A stretch of 64,000 nt of DNA from Eledone cirrhosa (Eukaryota): contig OZ024751.1 of assembly GCA_964016885.1 (NCBI GenBank), positions 52,204,001-52,268,000 of the forward strand. Direction: 5' to 3'. Of this stretch, positions 47,399 through 59,035 are shown in pieces. A model generated the notes under the pieces. It was not told where the DNA came from. It saw only the letters and a program-made list of their open reading frames with translations, and did not search any database. The position numbers and the translations under genes were made by a program. The stretch's first letter is position 1; every line of letters starts with the position of its first letter.

Positions 47399-48677
47399 TC
47401 TATACTAGCAGGAAAACCACACATCGGGTGGTTTTCTGCTAGCATGTGTAGTGTGTATATTGATATTATTCGCAGATATATACATATAGATATGATACAT
47501 CAAATAAAATCGTAATTAACAATATATAATACATAGAAATTGAATGAAGACTGCTACACTGTCTTATGTAATCAGTAAAGTAATCCATGATACATTACAA
47601 AAGACGATATTATATATAAACTGCATAAGGAGAAAATTAGTGACGGAAAATTAGTATGTTTATTTAATCGATCGCCACCGGAAGTGTTGACATTTCAGAA
47701 ATTTTAAAGAAGTGAATCTTTAAATAAACAAAATATATTTAATGAACAGCCACGAAATTTAGTAGATACATTATGTAATATTCATTCATTATTTATGGTC
47801 GATAAAATAAAAGTACCAATAATGCACTGGGTAATTGCTAGCCTTGTGCCTAAAGTAGAAACAATTATTTATTCAAAGTAATCCAACTTATTTTACAAAC
47901 GGGATAAAAAAATAAAAAAACGTACGCAGTCCCGCAGACCTTCCTTTATTATAGTTTAGATATATAAAACAGAGAATGTCTGTCTGTCTGTCTGTCTGTC
48001 TCCCTAAAACTCGAGAATGACCCAACCGATTGTTTTCAAACATTACACATGTAATACTTATGGTCCTGTGAGTGTTTTGAGCAAAAAAGAGTTCAAATTT
48101 TCAATGCCCTAGGGACCGCATTAGGCGATTTAGCGATCTCTCTCTATAATTCTTAGTCTTTCTTTTTAGATAGATACATAGATATAATGTTGCGCCCTTA
48201 TAATATCTGTCTGGCTGTCTGCATTACCACATTATGACGCTATATAAATGTGTGTGTGTGTATATATGTATATATATAGTGTGTGTGTGTGTATATATAT
48301 GTATATATAGTGTGTAACGTTTTTCGAAATATTTACTTCTGCATTCACAGATTGATTTTTTTTAGTTTCAGAAGATCCCCTTAAGGGTGAAAGCAGCGAT
48401 TCTTTGCTTAAACTTTAATTATATATTCGTGTACAGATATTTTTGCATACACAATAACAAAATATAAACAAAAGTAATTATTTTGCGACAAAGTATTGAT
48501 TTTGTTCGCATGGAAAATAACCCTGGTAATCTACGACAAATTTTTTTTCTAAGCACAAAATGTAGACACCATCCCGAGGCCGAGGTATTCTGTACTTCTC
48601 TGTACTGTTTCAGAAAGGAGGGATAAACATGCCAATCTATGTTTAGAATCCCGAGCAATGCCGGGTCATTCTGCTAG
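47399..48677 (+). mobile_element. Non-autonomous Helitron containing a nested Helitron
   Basis: Inserted between A and T without a duplication. 5' TCTATA..TATATAAAA; 3' hairpin CCCGAGCAATGCCGGG followed by CTAG. Confidence 0.85.
47405..47960 (-). mobile_element. Nested non-autonomous Helitron in the opposite orientation
   Basis: Minus strand starts TCTAAACTATAATAAA and ends with an AAAACCA/TGGTTTT hairpin plus CTAG. Removing it restores TCTATATATATAAAA of the outer element. Confidence 0.8.
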
Positions 48678-48982
48678 TTTTAACTATTTTGATACCAAAC
48701 TACTTGAAACTGTCTTGTTTTTTTTGTTTATTTTTAACTATTTTGATACCAAACTACCTGAAACTGTCTTGTCTTTTTGTTTATTTTAACTATTTTGATA
48801 CCAAACTGCCTGAAACCAACTCAGATTTATGTTACAAAAACCTTTCATCAGAATTATATTTTAGAATTGTTTCTTAATATTCTAAATATCAGCTTACTGA
48901 TGAAAAACTTAGTTATTTTGTGAAATTCTTCCAAATGTTTTTCTTCCAAACTTTATTGATTCTGATTGCATGCACACACAAA

Positions 48983-49067
<85 letters not shown>

Positions 49068-49556
49068 TAGTTCTAAGGTTTCCAGCTGTAATTGAGTTAA
49101 GATTGTAGAGCCAGATAGAGCATATGATGAAAGATAGTAAAGATAGTCAAACATACTTAAATAGTTAAAGTTTTAGGATATTGTTTACATACTGGTGACT
49201 TATTTTACATATTGTTTATATATTGGTGACATATTTCACGTATTGGTTACATCATCATCATCATGGGTTGGATGGGTCCTATTCAGCACAGCATTTCTCC
49301 ACTTGTTACATAGGGTCCTTTTTAAGACAATACTTTACAGTTGGATGCCCTTCTTGGCACCAACCATTTTAGTTGCTTTTTAGAACAGGGATTCAGTGTA
49401 CCTATTCTAACCTATATATACCCAGGATCAACTTACTAACCCTTGATTTTCTTTCATTTGTACTTTGTATCTTACCTTCACACTTTAGTTTATAATGAAA
49501 GTTTAAAATATATAAACATAGACAAAATATGATTCTTATTGTCAAACATAATTATA

Positions 49557-49722
49557 TTAATCCTTTAGCATTTAAACCAGCAGTATCTGTCCAGAATTCT
49601 CTCTCTTTTCTGTTCAAACTGGCTCATGGATTCGATATTATGTGAGATAATTATGTGAGGTAACGCCTTTACTGTGAAAATATAATAGTAAATATAGAGT
49701 AATGTAAATGGTAAAGGGTTAA
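49557..49722. mobile_element. TTAA-flanked MITE, internally deleted
   Basis: TTAA-TCCTTTAGCATTTA...GGTAAAGGG-TTAA. Confidence 0.75.
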
Positions 49723-51039
49723 ATAGTATATATAGGTGAGAGTTCTGATAAACCAAGTTATGTATATGCAGCAGCACCAAGTATCTTAGGGCTGTTATTT
49801 TTTCTTTCTTTCAAAGCAGGGGTGAGCCTTGTGGGCCTCTTGAAAGGCTTCATGCTCATCATTGGGTTGTTGAGAAGCAGTGCTCTATGGTAGGATATCC
49901 TTCATGATACTGACACTTTTAATAGCCTCCTACAACAGACAGGGATACAGTGTACCTATTCTAAAACGAGATGCACATAGCACAGTCGAAGTTATGCATA
50001 TATACAATGCAGTTATTGCACATGACTTGGTTATCTTTTAATGTTGTTTTGCTGCATCAATTCAAAAACAGCATTGTTCAAGGTGGGTCATGTGTAGTCA
50101 CTGCTTTTTTCTTTCTTTGTTTATATTTTATTTCATATATTTAAATTATTTTTGGTAAAGCACTTCAAAGAAATCATTCCAATATGAATTATATTCATTC
50201 CTGTACAATAAATAACAAAAAATGATTCACAGCACTATAGATAAAAGGTTTAATCTATTATGTAGGTGCAGGCATAGCTGTGTGGTCAAGAGAGTTAAAT
50301 TTGCAACTACATGGTTTCTGGTTCAATGCCATGCCATGGGATGGTACTTTGGTTAAATGTCTATCACTGTTGTGAATCTAGCACTGCTGGAGTCTATATA
50401 ACACTGTTGTGAGTTTGAGTAGCATTGTTGTGAGTCTAACACTGTTATAGGTTTAAGTAGCATTGTTGCGAGGTCTTCTATTACAGTTTGCAACTACATA
50501 CTATGATGCTACTTTGATAATAATATTTAGATAATGTAGTTTATTTATGTTTTTAAGATTTCATTGCTGTGATAAAAATACTTTCTAGAATGAATCATAA
50601 AATAGATGTATATAAGGGTTATACTTTAGATGTGTACTAAAGTATAAGTTGGGGATTATAATGATGATGTTATTGTTGATGATGGTGTTGTTGTTGTTGT
50701 TGCAGAAGCTAGTGTTTGATCGGCTTGTACAATGGGTTTTGTTCCATCTTTATTGTTGCTAAGCACAAAACTATTAATGTTGTCAAGGAACTGCTAATAA
50801 GATGGCTTGTTTACATAAAAGATAAGCAGGGACTTGAACCAGATGAAGATTTCTGGAACACCTGGATGTGTGCTGAGGGTGGGGGGGAATGTTGATGTGC
50901 TGTGCCAGTGTGTGTGTGTTGAGAATGTATTAGCGCGTATGTGAATTGGAAGTATGAATGTGTTGATGTGGGTGTGTATGTTGGGGGTGTATATATGCGT
51001 GTGCCAGTGCACACACATGTATGTATATATATATGTGTA

Positions 51040-51077
<38 letters not shown>

Positions 51078-52355
51078 CGTGGAGAGTGGTTGTTTTTGTT
51101 TAGCCCCAGGTTAACCTTATTTTTAGCTGTTAGTATTAAGTTACATGCCAACATACTTCAACATCTGACCTACAGAAACTCTGTCCCCTCACTCTTCCTT
51201 CTCTATTGATACTCTAGACCTGGCATTCCAGTTGTGACCATCCTGTCTCTTATTTAGACATTATGTTGTCTAGAATGATATTGCCCTTACTTTTTTATGA
51301 TGGTAGGGGTGTCTTACTACTGGTCTCACTACTGGTCTAACTAGGTGGTTTTACTACTGGTCTTATGTAGTCTTACTACTGGTCTTATTAGGTGGTCTTA
51401 CTACTGGTCTTACTAGGTGGTCTTACTACTGGTCTTACTACTGATCTTATTAGGTTTTATGATAAGCTTCCGTCTCCTCAATCTTATCAAGTCACATATA
51501 CAGTAATGTAGCTGAGAGAGAGATTGACCTGTAGTACTTGTTTGGTATTGTATTAACCTCAGCACTTAACTAGTAGTTTATCGACCTACAGTACTTGATG
51601 TACTTTACCTCCCACCCCACCCCATACTTGACTGGTACTTTATTTGCTCTCCCAAGTACTTAACTGGTACTTTATTTATCGGTCCCTAGTATTTGACTGA
51701 TGTCTTCTATTGATAGACTAATATTCTGTCTATTCACTGGCCTCATGAAACAGGATTATCAGTTCAGAGAAATTTAGAAGGCGGGACATTCACTCCTTTC
51801 CCTTTGAATTAATGATGTTTAATGATAACTAGTTAGTTAATAGTAACCAAGAACCCAAGAAATGAATTATAACAGAACCTACTATAAGAAGGTCACAGAC
51901 TTGATTCACCTATATATTTACCAGCAGTTTATCTTGATGACATTGAAAACTTGATATGAAATATATGTTAAGATCATCATAATATTAATAAACAAACAAA
52001 ATAGCTTTTGATAAAAATTGACAAGTACTAAGTTAATATATAGTTCCTTAACACACTTCTACGCCTGGGTGTAAACAGCTGGAATGTCTTTGATCATAAG
52101 TTTGCTTGATCAGTTGACCTAGGGTTAAAAAACAACAATTACAGCAACATTGTTATTATTAAAGATTAAGTCACAACGCAATCCTGCTGTAGAGAAAGTT
52201 AAAATTGACTCTAGATTTCCTTGATCAGAGAGGACCTGGGGTTAAACAACAACACCATTGAGTGAAGACCAGGTCACAACATAATTGGTTTTCCCCTCCC
52301 TTAAAATTGTTGACCTTGTGCCTAAATCAGAAACCATAATTAAAAGGGTTGTCAA

Positions 52356-52743
52356 TTGGCAGAGTCGTTAGAGTCCTGGATATTTGTTCTGGCTTTTAAC
52401 TTTCTGAGTTCAAATCCTGTTGAGGTCAACTTTGCTGTTCATCATTCTGGGGTTGATAAAATAGAGTACCAGTTAAGTACTGGGGGTCAATGTAAGCAAG
52501 TGTCCCCCTCTGTTAAAATTGTAGATCTTGTGCCTAAATTAGAAACCATTACTCTTGTATAGGGCGGTGGATCGGTAGAGCATCAGACACCATTCTTTGT
52601 AGCATAGTTATGGCCCTTTACGTTCTGAGTTTGAATTCTGCTGAGGTTGGCTTTGCCTTTCATCCTTACGGGGGTCAATAAAATAAAGCACCAGTAATGC
52701 ACTGGAGTAATTGCTGGCCTTGTGCCTAAAGTAGAAACCATTA
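52356..52743 (+). mobile_element. Two tandem Meta-domain SINE copies
   Basis: GAGTT..AAT.CTG B-box, CTTTGC..TTCATC.TT..GGGGT..ATAAAAT central domain and TTGTGCCTAAA.TAGAAAC tail, occurring twice. Confidence 0.75.
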
Positions 52744-53265
52744 TCTACTCTTATATATTTTTGATTTTGTTTCAGAGTTTTTCTTATATTTGTTTTTTTG
52801 GGGGGGAGAAGCTGTTTGTTTTTGTTTTTTGGGGGGGAGGGGCTGCCCCCCCCCCCCCCCCCCCCCCCAAAAAAAAATATGTTTGTGTCATCAATCAAGT
52901 CTTGTAGTTCTGTGGCTATGTTATGACTATTTTGGCAAGTGAGGAATTTGTATATGATGTGTTGAGACAGAGCTCTAACAACAACAACAGCAATAACTCT
53001 TTTATTGCCTGTCAACACTAGTGGAGCTTATTGAAGTGACAAAGTAAACCTGCATTGACTTAAAACAACAGTATTGGGATGTTGACATCTGTATAAACAG
53101 ATTACTAATAATCTTCATTTACTGTGTGTATGTATAACTATTTTATTAGTATTGTTAATACAGTGTATATATAAGTATTTTATTAGTATTGTTAATACAG
53201 TGTGTATATATATAAATATTCTACTAGTATTATTAATACAACATGTATATATAACTATTCTAATT

Positions 53266-53447
53266 GGCAGTATTGGTAGAGGGTCAAATGCCATGCTTTG
53301 ACACAAAGAGTTACGCCCCTTTATGGTCTGAGTTCAAATCCTGCCGAGGTTAACTTTGCCTTTCATCCTTACGGGGTCGATAAAATAAAGTACCAGTAAT
53401 GCACTGGGTAATTGCTGGCCTTGTGCCTAAAGTAGAAACAATTATTA
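53266..53447 (+). mobile_element. Meta-domain tRNA-derived SINE (best-preserved copy)
   Basis: A-box-like TGGCAGTATTGG, B-box GAGTTCAAATCC, and GCCTTTCATCCTTACGGGGTCGATAAAATAAAGTACCAG resembling the MetaSINE central domain. Confidence 0.8.
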
Positions 53448-54014
53448 ATACAGTGTGTATATATATATAAGTATTCTATTAGCTTGTATACAGCACTTAG
53501 TCATATTTATTTATTGTAGTATAGCTAAGGCGTGTTATCTAAATCCTCACTATTTGAAAGGGTATGTTATACATACACACCACACAGACACACACTGAAC
53601 TATGTCACCTGTATCTAATGACATCTTGCTACACACATACACACTGAACTATAGTATAGCTCAGGGTGTTATCTAAATCCTCACTACTTGAAAGGGTATC
53701 TTATACACATACTCTCTCTCATGCACAGAACTGTCATCTGTGTCTAATGACTTCTAGCTACACACAAACACACATTGAACTATGTCACCTGTGTCTAATG
53801 ACCTCTAGCTACACACATACACACACCCTGTCACCTGTGTCTAATGACATCTAGTTACACACACACACTGAAGTATGTCACCTGTTTATTATTATCAATA
53901 TGATCATTATTAATATTCTCTTTTAATACCTTAACTCAACCAACTCTGTAGGTTTACATCTTCTTTCCTCACACTCCTCCTGATCCTTTCCTTGTCTATC
54001 TTCTAAATACTGCC

Positions 54015-54768
54015 TTAACCCTTTACCATTCACATTACTCTATATATACTATTATATTTTCATGATAAAGGTTTTACCTCACATAATATCTCACATAACA
54101 TTCACATTACTCTATATATACTATCTCACATAACATTCACATTACTCTATATATACTATTATATTTTAAAGGTTAAGGCTTTACCTCACATAATATCTCA
54201 CATAACATTCACATTACTCTATATATACTATTATATTTTCATGGTTAAGGCTTTACCTCACATAATATCTCACATAACATTCACATTACTCTATATATAC
54301 TATTATATTTTCATGGTTAAGGCTTTACCTCACATAATATCTCACATAACATTCACATTACTCTATATATACTATTATATTTTCATGGTTAAGGCTTTAC
54401 CTCACATAATATCTCACATAACATTCACATTACTCTATATATACTATTATATTTCCATGGTTAAGGCTTTACCTCACATAATATCTCACATAACATTCAC
54501 ATTACTCTATATATACTATTATATTTTCATGGTTAAGGCTTTACCTCACATAATATCTCACATAACATTCACATTACTCTATATATACTATTATATTTTC
54601 ATGGTTAAGGCTTTACCTCACATAATATCGAATCTATGAGATTTTGAAAGTATTTATTTTGAGAACAATACCTTAACATCAGTTTGAGTGACCAGTTACA
54701 GCCAGTTTCAACAGAAAGAGGTAGAGAATTCTGGCCAGTTTTGGCCGGTTTGAACATTAAAGGGTTAA
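54015..54768. mobile_element. TTAA-flanked MITE with an internal 72-bp unit amplified about 8 times
   Basis: Intact ends TTAA-CCCTTTA and TAAAGGG-TTAA. Tandem unit TTCACATTACTCTATATATACTATTATATTTTCATGGTTAAGGCTTTACCTCACATAATATCTCACATAACA. Confidence 0.88.
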
Positions 54769-55137
54769 CTTCTCTGTTGAAACTTACCTTTTCTCTCAGA
54801 GACATGAGGTTCCTCCACAAACTCCTACACTTCACTACTACACACTCTCACACACATACACACGCTCACCACTCACGCTTGATTTTCATAATATATAATT
54901 CTATTGGTTACCAGATATATATGTATGCATTGATATACCTATATATGTAAGGTCCCATGCTTGCCTGGGAGATCAGTGGTTCCGTTTCAGTACTGACTTG
55001 GTCTAAGTACACCTGTCCAACCCTTGCTAGCAGGGAACGCGGATGTTAAAACTAGAAAAACAATTATGTAATACATGATATATATATATATATTTGAGGT
55101 CAAATACCAACCCTACTAGCATCTACAAACTGACCAA

Positions 55138-55797
55138 TCTATATATATAAAGCTGTGGTTGTCTGTCTGTCTATCGATTTTTGGCACACATCTCCTCTTA
55201 GAATCTCTGACGGAATTGCACCGAAATTGCTATACTTGTACATTGAGCCCTAGCGAAGACATCGGAAAAAAAAAATTTCAAATTGACCCACCCTATGTGA
55301 CGAAATCGAATCTAATGTATCGATTTTTGAGCGTAAGTGACGAGTTATTTCCCTTTGTTCTGTTTACATTGAGCGTCTTACGTTCTGTTTACATTTTCTG
55401 CGTGCAAAAATAAAAAAAATTACGCTGGCTTTCTCAGCGTTTAAAATGGCATTAACACAATACACGAACAGTTGTTGAGCCAGCAAAATTTTGACCTGCA
55501 AAATTCATCAGTTCGAACACTAAGCTTCCGTTTTGCTTCATTTCCATTTAAAAGCCTTTTAAAACAATATTTTTACTTGAAAACAAGTCTATTTAAAGAC
55601 TACGTAAAACAAGCAAATATTTCGTAAAAAAAAGCAAAAATTATATAAGTTTATTTAAAATATATGTATCTGTAAATTTCGTTAGGTATGCAGACAGACA
55701 GTCATGCAGACAGACTTTAAGCCAAAAAAGAAACTTAACATTGTAACTTTAACACAGCTACTGAGCGACCCCGAGCAACGCCGGGCTTTACTGCTAG
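55138..55797 (+). mobile_element. Non-autonomous Helitron (660 bp)
   Basis: A|TCTATATATATAAAG...(GTCT)n...CCCGAGCAACGCCGGG-N8-CTAG|T. Confidence 0.85.
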
Positions 55798-55916
55798 TGA
55801 GAATTAAGACTATTCCTGCTGACAACATTAAATTATTCCTAACAAGCTCATATGTCCCAAGGCTCCGATACCATCAACAATAGAAACACAGAGCTGGCAT
55901 ATCTAAGAACTGACTA

Positions 55917-55972
55917 ACTGCCTGATGAGGTCAAAGCCATTCAATGGCTATCATCGAAATATATATACCAGT
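55917..55972 (+). ncRNA. Minimal type I hammerhead ribozyme motif
   Basis: ACUGc-CUGAUGA-GGU..AGCCAU-uca-AUGGCU..AUC-GAAA-UAUAUA-UA-cCAGU, followed by AATAAA and (TA)n. Confidence 0.65.
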
Positions 55973-56002
55973 AAATAAAGGATTATGAGTTCATGCAATT
56001 GA

Positions 56003-56057
<55 letters not shown>

Positions 56058-56061
<4 letters not shown>

Positions 56062-56232
56062 TTGGAGGTGGTAAAAACCAGTTAGGCCATTACTCACCAG
56101 AGTACTCGATACTTGGGGTAGTAGAAAGGGTTATATGAAAAAATCAGGACCCTGACAGCTGAGCTCCAACCGTTTCAACAGCTAGATCCAAACTTTAGCT
56201 GTTGAAGCAGCCGGGGTCCTGTATTTCTTAAT
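56058..56232 (-). mobile_element. Short fold-back insertion in (TA)n, same family as 45810-45972
   Basis: Inverted CAGGACCC/GGGTCCTG and TTCAACAGCTA/TAGCTGTTGAA; shared motifs with 45810-45972. Confidence 0.5.
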
Positions 56233-56244
56233 ATATATATATAC

Positions 56245-56590
56245 GGAGGCACATGGCTTAGTGGTTAGAGCATTGGCCTTGCAATCGAAAGGTTGTGAGT
56301 TCAATTCTCAGACTGGGTGATGTGTTGTTTCCTTGAGCAAGACACTTTATTTCACATTGCTCCAGTTTACTCAGCTGTAGAAATGAGATGATAGGGACTG
56401 GGGTCCCTATCATTCCACTGCAAAGTGGTCGTGGAGGTGCCACGGCAAAAAAGCACCCAGCACTCACTGTAAATGAGGTTGGTGTTAGGAAGGGCATCCA
56501 GCTGTAGAAATCAAGCCAGAATCAGTTCCCGTCCAACCCTTGCAAGCAGGGAAAAAGCAGACGTAAAATGAAATGATGATGATGATGATA
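56245..56590 (+). mobile_element. Full-length tRNA-head SINE with CORE-like centre, RTE-derived 3' end and (GAT)n tail
   Basis: A-box TGGCTTAGTGG, B-box GAGTTCAATTC, CCTTGAGCAAGACACTT, 11-bp hairpin ATGATAGGGAC/GTCCCTATCAT and RTE 3'UTR motifs. Confidence 0.9.
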
Positions 56591-57269
56591 TATATATATA
56601 TAAATAATTTTGTGTGTATTTTGTGTGTATATAAGAATATACCCAGGTTAAAAGAAAATGAAAATGTTTTCAGTTCAGTATTAAATGATACTTATTGTCC
56701 TCTCATTTGACATTTACAGATCTGAGTGTGTGTGTGTGTGTAACTGAATGAGAGTGTGTGTGTGTATAACTGAATGAGAGTGTGTGTATGTAACTGAATG
56801 AGTGTGTGTGTGTGTGTGTGTGTAACTGAATGAGAGTGTGTGTGTGTGTAACTGAATGTGTGATACAGAAAGACAGACAGATGTATTATTACCATTGGTA
56901 TGCTAAATATGTGAACTACCTTTGATTTCTACCTGTAATCATTTCACATTATTTCATTGGCTACTGTGTCTCTGGTTCTAAACAAAACCACCCATTTTAA
57001 AGAGTTCATATTTGAATTAAAATTGTCCAACATAATTTGATATAAGAACCATTTGTTTTGTTAGAAATACTATGTTAATAACAAAACAGTAATTTTAGTC
57101 AACATTTCCAAATTCTTTGTTAATTAATTCAAATGCAGTGGATTTTATTAGAAAGGCATTGGAATATCAAGCAAATGTCCCCCTGGTGTCCCCTGTATAT
57201 TAATACATAACAATTATATATTATTTAGTTATGTATTACACATATATTATATAGTGGTTATATATTACA

Positions 57270-57620
57270 CACTCACTCACTCACTCACTCACTCACTCAC
57301 TCACTCACTCACTCACTCACTCACTCACTCACTCACTCACTCACTCACTCACTCACTCACTCACTCACTCACTCACTCACTCACTCACTCACTCACTCAC
57401 TCACTCACTCACTCACTCACTCACTCACTCACTCACTCACTCACTCACTCACTCACTCACTCACTCACTCACTCACTCACTCACTCACTCACTCACTCAC
57501 TCACTCACTCACTCACTCACTCACTCACTCACTCACTCACTCACTCACTCACTCACTCACTCACTCACTCACTCACTCACTCACTCACTCACTCACTCAC
57601 TCACTCACTCACTCACTCAC
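57270..57620. repeat. Perfect (TCAC)n microsatellite
   Basis: Direct reading. Confidence 0.98.
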
Positions 57621-58030
57621 ATTCTCACTTTCACACACACAGACACATTCTCACTTTCACTTGCTTTTACACACACAGACACATTCTCACTTTCACTTGC
57701 CTGTTACACACACAGACACATTCTCACTTTCACACACACAGACACATTCTCACTTTCACTTGCTTTTACACACACAGACACATTCTCACTTTCACTTGCC
57801 TGTTACACACACAGACACATTCTCACTTTCACTTGCCTGTTACACACACAGACACATTCTCACTTTCACTTGCCTGTTACACACACAGACACATTCTCAC
57901 TTTCACTTGCCTGTTACACACACAGACACATTCTCACTTTCACTTGCCTGTTACACACACAGACACATTCTCACTTTCACTTGCCTGTTACACACACAGA
58001 CACATTCTCACTTTCACTGCCTGTTACACA
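57621..58030. repeat. 37-bp minisatellite (TTCACTTGCCTGTTACACACACAGACACATTCTCACT)
   Basis: About 10 tandem units. Confidence 0.93.
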
Positions 58031-59035
58031 CTTTCCATTGCTCTCTCTCTCACCACATATACACACACAAGAAACTTAATGGCTAATGAGATCTATTCTT
58101 AGCACCATCATAGCATTGGAAACATTAATCTGATGGTGATAATGTGGAGATTACCAAGCCATGTCTGTCACTAAACAGATCTTTTTAACAAATAGTATTA
58201 TCCACCTTATGTGACTTTCATTTCACTCTACTTATAACAGTCTCCCAACTTTACAACTCCCCACTTCCACCATACCTATTAACTCAAATCCCATCAATTT
58301 TATCTGCTTAAACTAAAGATTTATTCTAGATTACATTTTAAAATATTGTTTCATTCCACTACAGTGTGTGTGATATGTTTTATTGAATGGTTCCACTACA
58401 ATGTGTGTGATATTTGTTTTATTGAATGGTTCCACTACAGTGTGTGTGATATTTGTTTTATTGAATAGTTCCTATATGGTGTGATGTTTGTTATATTGAA
58501 ATTTACTGGTCATGCCTAAGCAGGTTTGTCTCCTATGAAGTTGCATCTCACTGAAGGTTTCTTGTGTGTTTTAATGATAGGGGGTCACAGTACTATCATG
58601 AAATGCAGCATGTAATAGAATGTCTTGTTCACGAACACAATGTGCTGTTCAGTCCAGTAATCAAGCCATTTAGTTTATAATCCTCACCACTTTATGACCC
58701 TAACCACTAGGCCATGTGCCCTCACATTTAACATTAAATGCTTTTCAACAAAAAATTTTAAATGCTATTGAAAATACTATTTAGCATGTTATTTAAAATG
58801 CAATTTAAAATGTTATTGAAAATGCAATTTAAACTGCCATTTAAGATGGTATTGAAAATGCTATTTAGCCTGCAATGTAAATGCCATGTAATGCCATTAG
58901 ACATACGTTAACAAGTAAATGAATACAGCAATTATAATAATACCTGACTAGATAAGACTAGACTACATTCCACTGAAATATTTCTTCTAAAATAACAGAG
59001 GAGAGAGAATACCAACATGACAGGCTCGCAATATA

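Larger units (their letters stand above)
47290..48815. repeat. Tandem repeat of about 50 bp (TTTAACTATTTTGATACCAAACTAC.TGAAACTGTCTTG) split by a Helitron
   Basis: Units at 47295-47398 resume exactly at 48678. Confidence 0.85.

Noticed and set aside
50706-50880. Complex sequence after a ttgcAG, possible exon
   Set aside because: All frames from that acceptor hit stops, the donor is weak, and no homology was recognised.
56245-56320. Possible tRNA gene
   Set aside because: A and B boxes are present but continue into a SINE body and RTE tail, so this is a SINE head.
57254-58102. 282-aa His/Thr-rich ORF
   Set aside because: Translation of (TCAC)n and a 37-bp minisatellite.
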